Below are positions 20,761 through 30,502 of a stretch of DNA of 64,000 bases, one piece after another. The DNA lies in NCBI GenBank assembly GCA_040217755.1, contig JBEHWJ010000002.1:3113-67112 (forward strand), written 5' to 3'. The notes under the pieces are model-generated. The model searched no databases. It saw nothing but the letters and a program-made list of their open reading frames with translations, and was not told the DNA's origin. Positions within the stretch are counted from its first letter, which is position 1. Each line of letters starts with the position of its first letter. The translations under genes and the position numbers were made by a program. The DNA is from Syntrophomonadaceae bacterium (lineage in GTDB: Bacteria > Bacillota > Syntrophomonadia > Syntrophomonadales > Syntrophomonadaceae).

Positions 20761-21681
20761 ATGAATTGGAAGGAATTCAGTGTACTCACCGAGGGGGTTT
20801 GTGTCGAGGCCATCGCCGGTATTTTCCACAGCATGGGCTCCGGCGGGGTGATAATCGAAGACCCCCAGGCGGCCAGGAAATATATCAGTGAGAGATGGAA
20901 GCCGGAATCAGTTTCCGAGGATTTTCTCAACCATGAGTTTGTAGTCGTGAAAGCCTATTTTCCCGAGGACCGTGATGTCTTCGCAGCCTTTTCCCAATCG
21001 ATAGAATTGGTGGAAGCCAATTTCCGGGTAAAATGTTCGGTCTTTATCGACGACGTCCGCAACGAAGACTGGGAGGAGAATTGGAAGAAATATTACCATA
21101 CATTCAAGGTGGGCGAACGCCTGGTTATAAAACCGTCCTGGGAAGACTATGATGCCCGGGAAGGGGAAGTCATAGTCAATATCGATCCGGGGATGGCCTT
21201 CGGCACCGGTATCCACGCTTCTACCCGCTTTTGCCTCCGGTTTTTGGACCAATATGTCCACGGGGGCGAGAGTATTATAGATGCGGGATGCGGTTCAGGA
21301 ATATTGTCGATCGCCGCCGTTAAATTAGGGGCGGCCGGCGTTTTCGCCATGGACATCGATGAACTGGCCGTGCGGATAGCCAGGGAAAACATAGCCCTGA
21401 ACGGATTGACGGATAAGATCGAGGTACAGGCCGGGGACATAGTGGCCAACCTCCGCGCCCGGCAGGTGGACATGGTGCTGGCCAATATCACTGCCGAGGT
21501 GGTGGTCGAACTCATACCTGAGGCGGCGGGGGTAATAAAAAGCGGGGGATACCTGTTTGGTTCCGGGATTGTCGACAGCCGTTGGCCATTGGTGCAGAGG
21601 GCTTTGGAAGAAAGCGGTTTTGTGATCGAACAGGTCTTGCAGGACGTGGACTGGATCGGGGTGGCCGCTCGCCGCCGCTAG
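20761..21681 (+). CDS. prmA: Ribosomal protein L11 methyltransferase
   Basis: 306 aa with SAM motif DAGCGSGILSIAA. Position after dnaJ is conserved. Confidence 0.92.
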   Translation: MNWKEFSVLTEGVCVEAIAGIFHSMGSGGVIIEDPQAARKYISERWKPESVSEDFLNHEFVVVKAYFPEDRDVFAAFSQSIELVEANFRVKCSVFIDDVRNEDWEENWKKYYHTFKVGERLVIKPSWEDYDAREGEVIVNIDPGMAFGTGIHASTRFCLRFLDQYVHGGESIIDAGCGSGILSIAAVKLGAAGVFAMDIDELAVRIARENIALNGLTDKIEVQAGDIVANLRARQVDMVLANITAEVVVELIPEAAGVIKSGGYLFGSGIVDSRWPLVQRALEESGFVIEQVLQDVDWIGVAARRR

Positions 21682-21771
21682 GGTACTGCGTTACACTCGC
21701 GGGCTATGCTTATTGATGAATCACGGGAATTCGATACGTTGCATTTAAACCAAGATCAGCAGGGAGATAAT

Positions 21772-23079
21772 TTGAAGAGGATATCTTTTTGTACCCTGGG
21801 CTGCAAGGTCAACCAGGTGGAAACCGAACAAATGACAGAGGATTTCTTAAGGCGGGGTTACCAGGTAGCGGACTATGGTGACCCTGTTGACGTTTGCATC
21901 ATAAATACCTGTACCGTCACCCACATAAGCGACCGCAAGTCCAGAGCCATGCTGAGAAGGGCGATACGCACTAACCCAGCTGCGCTGGTAGTGGCTACCG
22001 GTTGCCTCGCGCAGGTAGACGCCGTTCAGATCGGTGCAATGGAAGGGGTGGGCCTAGTAGTCGGCAACCGGGCCAAGGAGCACATCGCTGCAATAGTGGA
22101 AACCTGCCTGGCCGGGGAGGGGCCCGGTCAATCGTTGTGGCTGGAACCGCCCTGCCCGCAGCAGGGATTAAGGCCATCCCTTTATTCCAGGCCCCACAAG
22201 CGCACCCGGGCCTTTGTCAAAATCCAGGACGGCTGCCAGAGCTTCTGCTCTTACTGTGTGGTCCCGTATGCCCGGGGGCAGGTTCGCAGCAAGAGACCGG
22301 ATGATGTGGTGGCGGAGATAGTTCAATTAAGGGAACTGGGTTACAAGGAGATGGTTTTGACCGGGATCCACACCGGACAATACGGAAGGGATCTTGAGGA
22401 TTGGGATGTTACCCGGTTGCTCGATTATATTTTAGGTCAAGTTACTGGTGATTACCGCATCCGTTTAAGCTCCATAGAACCTCTTGAGGTGACTGATCGG
22501 TTACTGGCGATGATGGCCACCGACCCCCGTATTTGCCGGCACTTGCACATCCCCTTACAGAGTGGCAGCGATCAGATTTTAACCTCCATGGGGCGGCATT
22601 ATACGCGGGACTATTATCGGCGATTGGTGCTCAAAGCAGCGGCTCTGCTCCCCACGGCGGCATTTACCGCCGATGTTATGGTGGGATTTCCCCGGGAAAC
22701 CGACACCGACTTCCAGGCTACCTACGATCTGCTTGCGGAACTCCCTGTATATGATCTGCACGTTTTCAAGTATTCCCAACGGGCAGGTACGCCGGCGGCC
22801 AATATGACCGGACAGGTGGAAGCGACGGTCAAGCAGCAGCGCAGCCAGGAATTGCTGGCCTTGGCCAATAGCAAGAAAAGGCAGTTTATAGCGAAGCAGG
22901 TGGGTCAGGCGGTGCCGGTCGTAATCGAAAAAATGTTATCGGCCGGTATATATACGGGTCTCAGTGATAATTATATTGAAGTACACTTACCCGGCCGGGG
23001 TGATATGGTGGGTGAACTGGTTACGGTGGTGATCGATGCAGCCCATCCCGATCTTGCTACCGGTCATGTGGTAGGTTAG
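21772..23079 (+). CDS. mtaB: MiaB-like radical SAM methylthiotransferase (tRNA t6A37 methylthiotransferase MtaB-like)
   Basis: UPF0004 N-domain, radical SAM CQSFCSYCVVPYARG and a TRAM-like C-terminus. The TTG at 21772 follows AGGGAGA; the frame is open from 21706. Confidence 0.85.
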   Translation: MKRISFCTLGCKVNQVETEQMTEDFLRRGYQVADYGDPVDVCIINTCTVTHISDRKSRAMLRRAIRTNPAALVVATGCLAQVDAVQIGAMEGVGLVVGNRAKEHIAAIVETCLAGEGPGQSLWLEPPCPQQGLRPSLYSRPHKRTRAFVKIQDGCQSFCSYCVVPYARGQVRSKRPDDVVAEIVQLRELGYKEMVLTGIHTGQYGRDLEDWDVTRLLDYILGQVTGDYRIRLSSIEPLEVTDRLLAMMATDPRICRHLHIPLQSGSDQILTSMGRHYTRDYYRRLVLKAAALLPTAAFTADVMVGFPRETDTDFQATYDLLAELPVYDLHVFKYSQRAGTPAANMTGQVEATVKQQRSQELLALANSKKRQFIAKQVGQAVPVVIEKMLSAGIYTGLSDNYIEVHLPGRGDMVGELVTVVIDAAHPDLATGHVVG

Positions 23080-23430
23080 GGCCAGGTCCTACCATATATG
23101 AGGTCGATTAATGGGGGACGATATACAAACTTCTTTTGTTTGAGGCCGCTTCATCGATCTGGTCACGTCTTGGCATCGACCCAACCCCTGCCTTATAGAG
23201 CAGTTGTTTTATATCTGCACCGGCCCAACAGGCAATAAGCCGAGCAGTATGGACTGAGCAAGTTTTTTGGCCGGACCATGGTGCCGCACATGGATAAGTT
23301 TTACACGTGCCTCTTGTAATAGGGCCATTATCTGATAAAATGAAGGATGTAACGCTGTTATCGCTGTTAATTGCCTTTACCGTCTTATAAGACAATAGAT
23401 AAGCTTGTTACAAGAGGGAGGTGACATACT

Positions 23431-23781
23431 GTGACTGCACCCGATTGCCTATTTTGCAAGATCGCGGCCAGGGAAATACCTGCGGATGTGATATATGAAG
23501 ATGATCAGATGATCGCTATCCGCGATATCAATCCAGCGGCACCGGTCCATTTTTTGATAATTACCAAATCCCATGTCGCCTCGTTAGTGGATGCAGGCCC
23601 GGAACATACGGAGTTGCTGGGGAGCATACAGTTACTGGCCTCTCGCTTGGCCCGTCAGGAAGGTATTGCCGAACAGGGTTTTCGCCTGGTGAATAATTGT
23701 GGTAAATGGGGGGGGCAGTCCGTGTTCCACCTGCATTATCATGTGCTGGGCGGCAAACCGATGGGTTGGCCTCCCGAATAA
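23431..23781 (+). CDS. HIT family protein (histidine triad nucleotide-binding)
   Basis: 116 aa with the HxHxHxx motif FHLHYHVLGG. GTG start after GGGAGGTGA. Confidence 0.9.
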   Translation: MTAPDCLFCKIAAREIPADVIYEDDQMIAIRDINPAAPVHFLIITKSHVASLVDAGPEHTELLGSIQLLASRLARQEGIAEQGFRLVNNCGKWGGQSVFHLHYHVLGGKPMGWPPE

Positions 23782-23783
23782 TC

Positions 23784-23813
23784 TTGACTCGAAGCCATTA
23801 AGAAATGTAGAAT
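23784..23813 (+). promoter_or_regulatory. Candidate promoter of rpsU
   Basis: TTGACT (23784-23789), 18 nt, TAGAAT (23808-23813). Confidence 0.5.
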
Positions 23814-23856
23814 ATAATGGCGTCTATCAGCCCGGTCAGGTGAGGGGAGGGATATA

Positions 23857-24033
23857 ATGAGCGAAGTCAAAGTTGGAAAAAACGAATCCCTGGACAGTGC
23901 TCTTAAGCGGTTTAAGCGTACTTGTCAGAAGTCCGGGGTTATGCAAGATATCAGAAAACATGAACACTATGAGAAGCCCAGTATTCGTAAGAAAAAGAAG
24001 TCTGAAGCAGCCCGTAAGAAGAAAAAATTCTAA
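23857..24033 (+). CDS. rpsU: 30S ribosomal protein S21
   Basis: 58 aa ([58 protein letters not shown]). It is below the ORF-track size cut-off. GGGGAGGG lies upstream. Confidence 0.93.
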   Translation: MSEVKVGKNESLDSALKRFKRTCQKSGVMQDIRKHEHYEKPSIRKKKKSEAARKKKKF

Positions 24034-24130
24034 GATCAAGTTAAGATAATGCAGAATCAAAAGTCTGGTGGGTGAAAAGCTTGCCAGGCTTTTTGTTAAA
24101 CCGGTTTGGGAGGGGTATCGAGTGTCGTTC

Positions 24131-24238
24131 ATGAATAAAGGGATGCAGAACAGGAAACAGAGAAAGGCCATGGTGGTGATCGTGGGATTGGTTTTGCTCT
24201 CCTTTGTGCTCAGCATCGTAGCCGTGGGTATCTGGTAA
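24131..24238 (+). CDS. Possible 35-aa membrane micro-protein
   Basis: MNKGMQNRKQRKAMVVIVGLVLLSFVLSIVAVGIW: a basic N-terminus followed by one TM segment. A terminator follows directly. There is no homology evidence. Confidence 0.3.
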   Translation: MNKGMQNRKQRKAMVVIVGLVLLSFVLSIVAVGIW

Positions 24239-24275
24239 TTTTCTCGGGAACAGCAGAGATCAGCCAACCGGGAAC

Positions 24276-24306
24276 AGAGTGTCGGTCCAACCGGCACTCT
24301 TTTTTG
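24276..24306 (+). terminator. Intrinsic terminator
   Basis: AGAGTGTCGG-tccaa-CCGGCACTCT followed by TTTTTTG. Confidence 0.6.
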
Positions 24307-24471
24307 TGGTTTTTCGAGAACGATAGGGGCGTCGACGTATAGGCAAGCATTTAGCAGCTTTGCCAAGCATATATTTATGTTGATACGTATATATCGCTAT
24401 GAATTCGCTAAGTTGGCAGATAAACAAGTTTTGATCAGGAGTGCGGGTGTTGGGAAGAGGAGGGTAAATCG

Positions 24472-24750
24472 ATGGAGAATAAGCGGGAAGCGTTCAGCAA
24501 AGCCGTGGCTGATTTTTTGGAGATACCTGCAGACATAGTACTGGACTTGCCCAAACTGACCATTACCGGCAGGAATGAATTATACCTGGAAAATCACAAA
24601 GGGATTATAGAATATTCCACCTCCCGGATGAGGATCAATCTAAGCCGGGGATACCTGGAGGTAAGCGGAGATAACCTGGAGATTCAGGCCTTGATGCCGG
24701 ATGAAATGAGGGTAATAGGCGACATCAGCAGTGTCAGGTATTTGGATTGA
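24472..24750 (+). CDS. yqfC: Sporulation protein YqfC (YabP family)
   Basis: 92 aa with a typical YqfC sequence (LDLPKLTITGRNELYLENHKGIIEY). Paired with yqfD. Confidence 0.9.
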   Translation: MENKREAFSKAVADFLEIPADIVLDLPKLTITGRNELYLENHKGIIEYSTSRMRINLSRGYLEVSGDNLEIQALMPDEMRVIGDISSVRYLD

Positions 24751-24762
24751 TCGGAGGTACTT

Positions 24763-25977
24763 ATGGCTGGCAGGTTTTCCGACCAGATAGGGGGATTCAT
24801 ATCGCTCCGTTTGAGAGGTCAGCACCAAGAGAAGATTATCAATTTGGCTCTGGTCCGGGGAATATACATTTGGGATATTAAACGGGACGGCGATTATCTG
24901 TATTTGAAGGTTAGAAACAGCGGTTATGAAGCATTCAAGGTCATAGCCGAAGAACATGACTTCGAACTGGAGGTCCTGAAAAGAGACGGACTCCCCTTCT
25001 ACAAAAAAATCCTTAAGCGACGAGTGGGATTATTGGGGGGGGCTGCCCTGTTCATCGCTGCCCTCTATCTGATCTCCTCATTTGTGTGGTTCGTCGATGT
25101 CAGCGGCAATCAAAAGGTAGAGGGCGCCCGGATCCTGGCTTCCGCCGCCCGTAATGGCGTCTACCCGGGAGCGGGGAAATGGAGCTTCAGCCGCATAGAA
25201 GCCGAAGAAGCCATGCTGCGGGAGTTGAGCGAGCTTACCTATGTCGAGTGTGATATCAAGGGAGTAAGAGCCAACATTAAAGTGGTAGAAAAGATTCTGC
25301 CTGATCCGCACGTAACCGGACCCTGCGACATCGTCGCCGAACGGGATGGACTGGTGGAAGAGGTACTGGTGCTTAATGGCCGGGCCAATGTTCAAAAAGG
25401 AAACGTTGTAGTCAAGGGAGATGTATTGATATCCGGCATTTTCGTTCCTACTCCGCCGCTGGAAGGCCTGCCCCCGGACCCCAACGCGGTTACCGAACCG
25501 ACCTTGGTCCGGGCCCGGGGCCATATAAAGGCCAGGACCTGGTATGAAGGGTACGGTGAGGCGAAAAGAATACAAGAAGATACCGTACTGACCGGGGAAA
25601 AGTACCTGCGCTTGGCTGTTAAAACCCCCTGGCGGGTGATGACGGTGATCGGAAAAGGGGATATTCCTTTTTTGTCCTATGAGCAACGGGAGAGAGGCTG
25701 GGCCGGTCCCGGTGACTGGGGTCTGGGTTGGACCGAATACCGCGAGCAAAAGGTAGAGACTACCCAATTCAGTGAAAATGAGGCGGTTGAAACGGCGCGG
25801 CAGACGGCAATGGCCAACCTTAAGGCAAAAATGGAGGGCGATGTTAAAATAGTAGATTCACGCCTGGAAGTATTGTCCTCGCCCAGCGATCCTATCGTGA
25901 GGATAAAGGTATTTGTGGAAGGGCTCGAAGACATCGGGATGCCTCAAGCCGTCGAGGCCGGGGAAATTAGTAGATAA
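24763..25977 (+). CDS. yqfD: Sporulation protein YqfD (stage IV sporulation-like)
   Basis: 404 aa with a single central TM segment. The order yqfC-yqfD-phoH is conserved. Confidence 0.88.
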   Translation: MAGRFSDQIGGFISLRLRGQHQEKIINLALVRGIYIWDIKRDGDYLYLKVRNSGYEAFKVIAEEHDFELEVLKRDGLPFYKKILKRRVGLLGGAALFIAALYLISSFVWFVDVSGNQKVEGARILASAARNGVYPGAGKWSFSRIEAEEAMLRELSELTYVECDIKGVRANIKVVEKILPDPHVTGPCDIVAERDGLVEEVLVLNGRANVQKGNVVVKGDVLISGIFVPTPPLEGLPPDPNAVTEPTLVRARGHIKARTWYEGYGEAKRIQEDTVLTGEKYLRLAVKTPWRVMTVIGKGDIPFLSYEQRERGWAGPGDWGLGWTEYREQKVETTQFSENEAVETARQTAMANLKAKMEGDVKIVDSRLEVLSSPSDPIVRIKVFVEGLEDIGMPQAVEAGEISR

Positions 25978-26036
25978 ACCTGTTTTTATGCTATACTTAT
26001 CAGCAAATATGGTAATGGCCGGGAGGTTTATGGCGT

Positions 26037-26999
26037 TTGGCCGAAAAAGAAAGTAAATATGCCATTAGGAACAACCAACATGCCGCCATCTTTTTTGGGA
26101 CGGGAGATGAAAACTTCCGCTATCTAAAGGAAATCAGCGGTGCTGATATGTCTGCTCGCGGAGCAGACATTTATGTACGTGGGCCTGAAGAACAGGTGGA
26201 CTATTCCCTGCAATTGATATCCGACTTGATGGAGATCGTCGAGAGGGAAGGGCAACTGAACATCAACGATATCGGTTATGTGGACAAACTCCTCAAAAAA
26301 GGGGAGAAGCCGAGTTATCAGGCTATAGTGTCCGGGACTCTTATAACGACAGCCCGCGGTAAGGCCATCAAAGCCAGGACCATGGGCCAAAAGAGATATG
26401 TGCAGGCTATCCTCAAGGACGATGTCGTGTTTGGCATCGGCCCGGCCGGAACCGGGAAGACCTATCTGGCGGTAGCCATGGGGGCTCGGGCGTTACGCAA
26501 TAAAGAAGTCGAGCGGATCATATTGGTCCGGCCGGCGGTCGAGGCGGGCGAAAAACTGGGCTTCCTGCCCGGGGATTTGATAGAAAAGGTCAATCCCTAT
26601 CTGCGGCCGCTGTATGACAGCTTGTTTGACATACTGGGAGTAGATATCACCCAGCGGTATCTGGACAAAAATATTATCGAGATCGCTCCCTTGGCCTATA
26701 TGCGGGGGCGGACCTTGAACAGCGCTTTCATTATTCTTGACGAGGCCCAGAACACCACGCCCCAGCAGATGAAGATGTTCCTGACCCGGTTGGGTTTCGG
26801 GTCGCAAACGGTCGTAACCGGCGACATCACTCAGGTAGATTTGCCCAAGGAGGAATATTCAGGTTTAATCGAGATTCAGAAGATCCTGAGCGGAATCAAG
26901 GGGATATCGTTCGAGTACCTGGGTAAAGAGGATGTAGTGCGTCATCCCTTGGTGCAAAAGATCATAAACGCCTATGAGGTTCATGAAGCCAGGCAATAG
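26037..26999 (+). CDS. phoH: PhoH-like ATPase
   Basis: 320 aa with Walker A GPAGTGKTYLAVA and the PhoH core (IILDEAQNTT). Confidence 0.93.
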   Translation: MAEKESKYAIRNNQHAAIFFGTGDENFRYLKEISGADMSARGADIYVRGPEEQVDYSLQLISDLMEIVEREGQLNINDIGYVDKLLKKGEKPSYQAIVSGTLITTARGKAIKARTMGQKRYVQAILKDDVVFGIGPAGTGKTYLAVAMGARALRNKEVERIILVRPAVEAGEKLGFLPGDLIEKVNPYLRPLYDSLFDILGVDITQRYLDKNIIEIAPLAYMRGRTLNSAFIILDEAQNTTPQQMKMFLTRLGFGSQTVVTGDITQVDLPKEEYSGLIEIQKILSGIKGISFEYLGKEDVVRHPLVQKIINAYEVHEARQ

Positions 27000-27022
27000 G
27001 CTGGCTTTTCGAGGAGAATGAG

Positions 27023-29218
27023 ATGAAGTTCGCCAACATCTTCAGGTATTTTTTAGAAGGGAAAACCAGACATATCTGGAGAAATCCCAGAGTTGTCAAA
27101 CTGGTAGCGGTTTTTGCTTTGATCGCCATCATCACTGCTACTTTGTTCAGCGCTTCCAATCCGCAGCAGGTTTCACTGCGCCTGGATGAAGTGGCCAAAC
27201 GAAACATCGTCTCCGAGACCAATGCGGTAGTGGTGGATGAAAAGCGGACCGAGGAACTGCGCGAGCAAGCGGCCGCCAAGGTGCAGAAATCGTACCAGGA
27301 GGACCGCGAAGCTTTGAATAGCGCGCGGGCTCAGGTGAACGGCATATACGATGATTTCAAGATGGTTCTGGCCTCCGCCACTCCTGATAAAAGAACACCG
27401 GTACGGAGCAAGCTGCAAGAGCTGGTCAGCAGTAAGGACGTCAATAGCGGTTACAACCTGACCACTTTGACCAACTATCTGTTGACTACCAGCCCTGAGG
27501 ATCTGGAAAAGATGCGGCAAGCCAGTCTGGGAATCCTGGATAAGGCGATGGGCAAGCCGGTTACCCAGGAAGCTCTGGCCAGCATCTATGGAGAGGTCCG
27601 CAGTGAAGCTGGCAAAATAGCCTTTAATCCAGCCGCCGTGGAGATAATCCAGATAATCACTATCGATGCTATCCGCCCCAACCTGATCTATAACCAGCAG
27701 GCTACCGAAGCTGCCATTGAGCAAGCCAGGAATGCGGTTGAACCGGTACGCAAGAACGTATTGGCCGGCGAGGTCATCGTCAGGGAAGGCGACCGGGTCA
27801 CCGCTGAGCAGATCTCTGTACTGGAGCAACTAGGGATTCAAAGGACGGAAAGCTATGCCCTGGTTTTGATAGGATTGGCCGGCTTCGTTCTTTTGAGTAT
27901 TTGGCTGGTGCGGGAGTACCTTAAACGCTACCACCGGGATATCCTGCAGAACGACAAGCTGTTGCTGCTGCTGGGTTTGATCGTGGTGATGGTGGTCTTG
28001 CTGGCCCGGGTCGTGACCGCGGTGAAAATAGCTGAGCGGCCGGAGATAAACGTTATGGCTGGTTATCTTGCCCCGGTCGCGTTCGGTTCGATGCTGATTG
28101 CTATTTTGATCGACAACCGCCTGGCCTATTTCATCACCATGATAATGGCGCTTTTTGTGGGGCTGCTCACCGAGAACAACCAGCTGGCTTTGATAACGGT
28201 GGCCTTCGTCAGTGGAACAGTGGGTGTCTACCGGGTGACCCGGTTAAGCCAAACCGGCGACCTGGCCCGGGCCGGATTTTTCATCGCCACCGCCAATGTG
28301 GCGGCGATACTGGCGGTGGAGTTGATATCCGGCAGCGTCAACATAAGCGTGGCTTTGGCGGGCATAATGCTGGGTGTCATCAGCGGTATTCTTTCCGCGG
28401 TATTGACCATCGGTGCGCTGCCTTATCTGGAGAGCGCCTTCTCCATCACAAGTATGATCAAGCTCCTGGAAATATCCAATCCTAACCATGAACTTCTCAA
28501 GCGGCTTCTGATCGAAGCCCCCGGGACTTACCATCACAGCTTGATGGTGGGTAACCTGGCTGAAGCCTCGGCGCAGGCGGTGGGAGCCAATCCCCTGCTG
28601 GTCCGGGCCGGGGCTTACTTTCACGACATCGGTAAAATCAAGCGGCCGGAATATTTCGTCGAGAACCAACGCGGTTTTGACGAACCCCATAACAAGATCG
28701 CCCCGGCGCTGAGCGCCCTCATCATTATCTCCCATGTGAAAGAAGGGGTGGAATTGGCCCGGGAAGCCCGTTTACCCCAGGTAATAATCGATTTCATAGC
28801 CAGCCATCACGGTACCAGCCTGGCCAAGTATTTCTATACCCAGGCTATAGCCGAGGAAGGTGAAGGCATGGTCAGCGAGGATAGTTTCAGATATGAAGGG
28901 CCCAAACCCCAGACCAAGGAGGTAGCCCTGGTGATGCTGGCCGATGCGGTGGAGGCGGCGGTACGTTCCCTGCCCAACCCCAACATGGATAATATCCGGA
29001 TAATGGTCAGCAAGATTATCCGGGATAAACTAAATGATCACCAGTTGGATGAATGCGACTTGACGTTCAAGGATCTGGACGTACTGGGCAACAGCTTTTG
29101 CAGTGTTCTCGGCGGTGTGTATCACAAGCGTATAGAATATCCCGACATTGTCCAGGAATTTACCGTGAGGAGGGCCCCCGTTGGAAACGATGATAACCAA
29201 CCAGCAGACCAGGGTTGA
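27023..29218 (+). CDS. 7TM-receptor HD-domain phosphohydrolase (YqfF/PgpH-like; the Listeria PgpH homologue is a c-di-AMP phosphodiesterase)
   Basis: 731 aa. Extracellular N-domain, 7 TM segments, and an HD domain with HHSLMVGNLAE and YFHDIGK. Confidence 0.88.
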   Translation: MKFANIFRYFLEGKTRHIWRNPRVVKLVAVFALIAIITATLFSASNPQQVSLRLDEVAKRNIVSETNAVVVDEKRTEELREQAAAKVQKSYQEDREALNSARAQVNGIYDDFKMVLASATPDKRTPVRSKLQELVSSKDVNSGYNLTTLTNYLLTTSPEDLEKMRQASLGILDKAMGKPVTQEALASIYGEVRSEAGKIAFNPAAVEIIQIITIDAIRPNLIYNQQATEAAIEQARNAVEPVRKNVLAGEVIVREGDRVTAEQISVLEQLGIQRTESYALVLIGLAGFVLLSIWLVREYLKRYHRDILQNDKLLLLLGLIVVMVVLLARVVTAVKIAERPEINVMAGYLAPVAFGSMLIAILIDNRLAYFITMIMALFVGLLTENNQLALITVAFVSGTVGVYRVTRLSQTGDLARAGFFIATANVAAILAVELISGSVNISVALAGIMLGVISGILSAVLTIGALPYLESAFSITSMIKLLEISNPNHELLKRLLIEAPGTYHHSLMVGNLAEASAQAVGANPLLVRAGAYFHDIGKIKRPEYFVENQRGFDEPHNKIAPALSALIIISHVKEGVELAREARLPQVIIDFIASHHGTSLAKYFYTQAIAEEGEGMVSEDSFRYEGPKPQTKEVALVMLADAVEAAVRSLPNPNMDNIRIMVSKIIRDKLNDHQLDECDLTFKDLDVLGNSFCSVLGGVYHKRIEYPDIVQEFTVRRAPVGNDDNQPADQG

Positions 29219-29648
29219 ATTTGACCAGCATTTGGAAGATACCATAATAGCGGTGGCGAACGCTGCCGCCCGCATGCATGATCTCGGACCGGACACCGAG
29301 TTGAGTATCTTATTGGTGGATAATGAGTATAGCAGGAAACTCAACTCTTTGTACCGGGGTCAGGATACGGCTACCGATGTGCTCTCCTTCGCCATGAATG
29401 AGCTGGGTGAAGATGAACCCGCTTATCAATCGGAGGAGACCAATATTCTGGGCGACATAGTAATTTCACTGGAAAAGGCGGCGGAACAAAGCAAGGAATA
29501 CGGGCACAGTCTGGCCCGCGAGGTAGGATTTCTGACTGCCCACGGTCTGCTGCACCTGCTGGGTTTCGAACATGACACCGAATCCGGAGACCGGGATATG
29601 CAAGCCTGGCAGGAAAAGATATTGCAGAGTACCAACCTGGAAAGGTAG
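29181..29648 (+). CDS. ybeY: rRNA maturation endoribonuclease YbeY
   Basis: Zinc motif HGLLHLLGFEHD. The TTG start is 6 nt after GGAGGG and overlaps the upstream gene. Confidence 0.92.
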   Translation: METMITNQQTRVEFDQHLEDTIIAVANAAARMHDLGPDTELSILLVDNEYSRKLNSLYRGQDTATDVLSFAMNELGEDEPAYQSEETNILGDIVISLEKAAEQSKEYGHSLAREVGFLTAHGLLHLLGFEHDTESGDRDMQAWQEKILQSTNLER

Positions 29649-29654
29649 ACTGAG

Positions 29655-30014
29655 ATGAAAAGGCTGAGCGGCAGTTTCTCCTGTGCTATTCAAGGGATAT
29701 ATCACTCCGTGGCCAGCAGCCCCAACATGAGGATACACCTTCTGGCGGCCGCGGCAGTGATTGGCTTGGGATATGCGGTCGACCTGACCAGGATCGAATG
29801 GGCGTTGCTCAGCCTGACTGTCTTCATGGTACTGGCGGCGGAGACGGTCAACAGTGCCATAGAAAAAACCGTGGACCTGGTCGGCCCGGAGCGGCACCCG
29901 TTGGCCCGACTGGCTAAAGACATGGCGGCCGGGGCAGTATTGCTGACAGCGCTCAATGCGCTGGTTATGGCGGTGCTTTTGTTCGGTCCGCATCTGCAGA
30001 GACTAGTAGATTGA
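29655..30014 (+). CDS. dgkA: Diacylglycerol/undecaprenol kinase (DgkA family)
   Basis: 119 aa with three TM segments and the NSAIE motif (ETVNSAIEKTVD). Confidence 0.88.
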   Translation: MKRLSGSFSCAIQGIYHSVASSPNMRIHLLAAAAVIGLGYAVDLTRIEWALLSLTVFMVLAAETVNSAIEKTVDLVGPERHPLARLAKDMAAGAVLLTALNALVMAVLLFGPHLQRLVD

Positions 30015-30028
30015 CGGGGGATGACGGC

Positions 30029-30418
30029 ATGCAACCAAAAGACCTGTTAACCGCAGCTCGTAAGGCCCAGGAGATGGCCTATGCGCCTTATTCCCATTAT
30101 CGGGTAGGAGCCGCTCTTTTAACGACCGGGGGCAAGCTCTTCACCGGTGCCAATATAGAAAATGCTTCTTACAGCATGACCATTTGCGCGGAGCGGGTGG
30201 CAGTCTTCGGTGCCGTGATGGCAGGGGAGACAGAATTTGAGGCCCTGGCTGTCGCCAGCAGCGGCAGCGAGCGGGTCATGCCGTGTGGAGCCTGTCTTCA
30301 GGTTTTGGCCGAATTCGCCCCCGGAATCCGGATAATAACCAGCGACGCCAAAGGTGAATTGAAGGAATATAGCTTGAAAGACTTGCTGCCCTGCGCATTT
30401 ACCTGGCAAGCCAAATAA
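30029..30418 (+). CDS. cdd: Cytidine deaminase
   Basis: Zinc-binding motifs CAERVA and PCGACLQ. The start is adjusted to the ATG at 30029 after GGGGGA. Confidence 0.92.
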   Translation: MQPKDLLTAARKAQEMAYAPYSHYRVGAALLTTGGKLFTGANIENASYSMTICAERVAVFGAVMAGETEFEALAVASSGSERVMPCGACLQVLAEFAPGIRIITSDAKGELKEYSLKDLLPCAFTWQAK

Positions 30419-30502
30419 GAACCTTGGATTGGTTTGGTAATGAGTGGGGTAATTTATTATTATGCGGTCGCGGCTAATTCCAAGCAGGAGGGTAAAATTA
30501 AT

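Noticed and set aside
23108-23395. 95-aa minus-strand ORF in the slightly AT-richer gap between mtaB and the HIT gene.
   Set aside because: It has a TTG start with no Shine-Dalgarno sequence, and I recognise no family or motif. I cannot support it as a gene. The 350-nt gap may simply be non-coding or hold a decayed remnant.
23836-24366. 176-aa minus-strand ORF.
   Set aside because: It runs antisense across the clearly real rpsU gene and its promoter, and its composition is Lys/Phe/Leu-biased in the way expected of an antisense frame.
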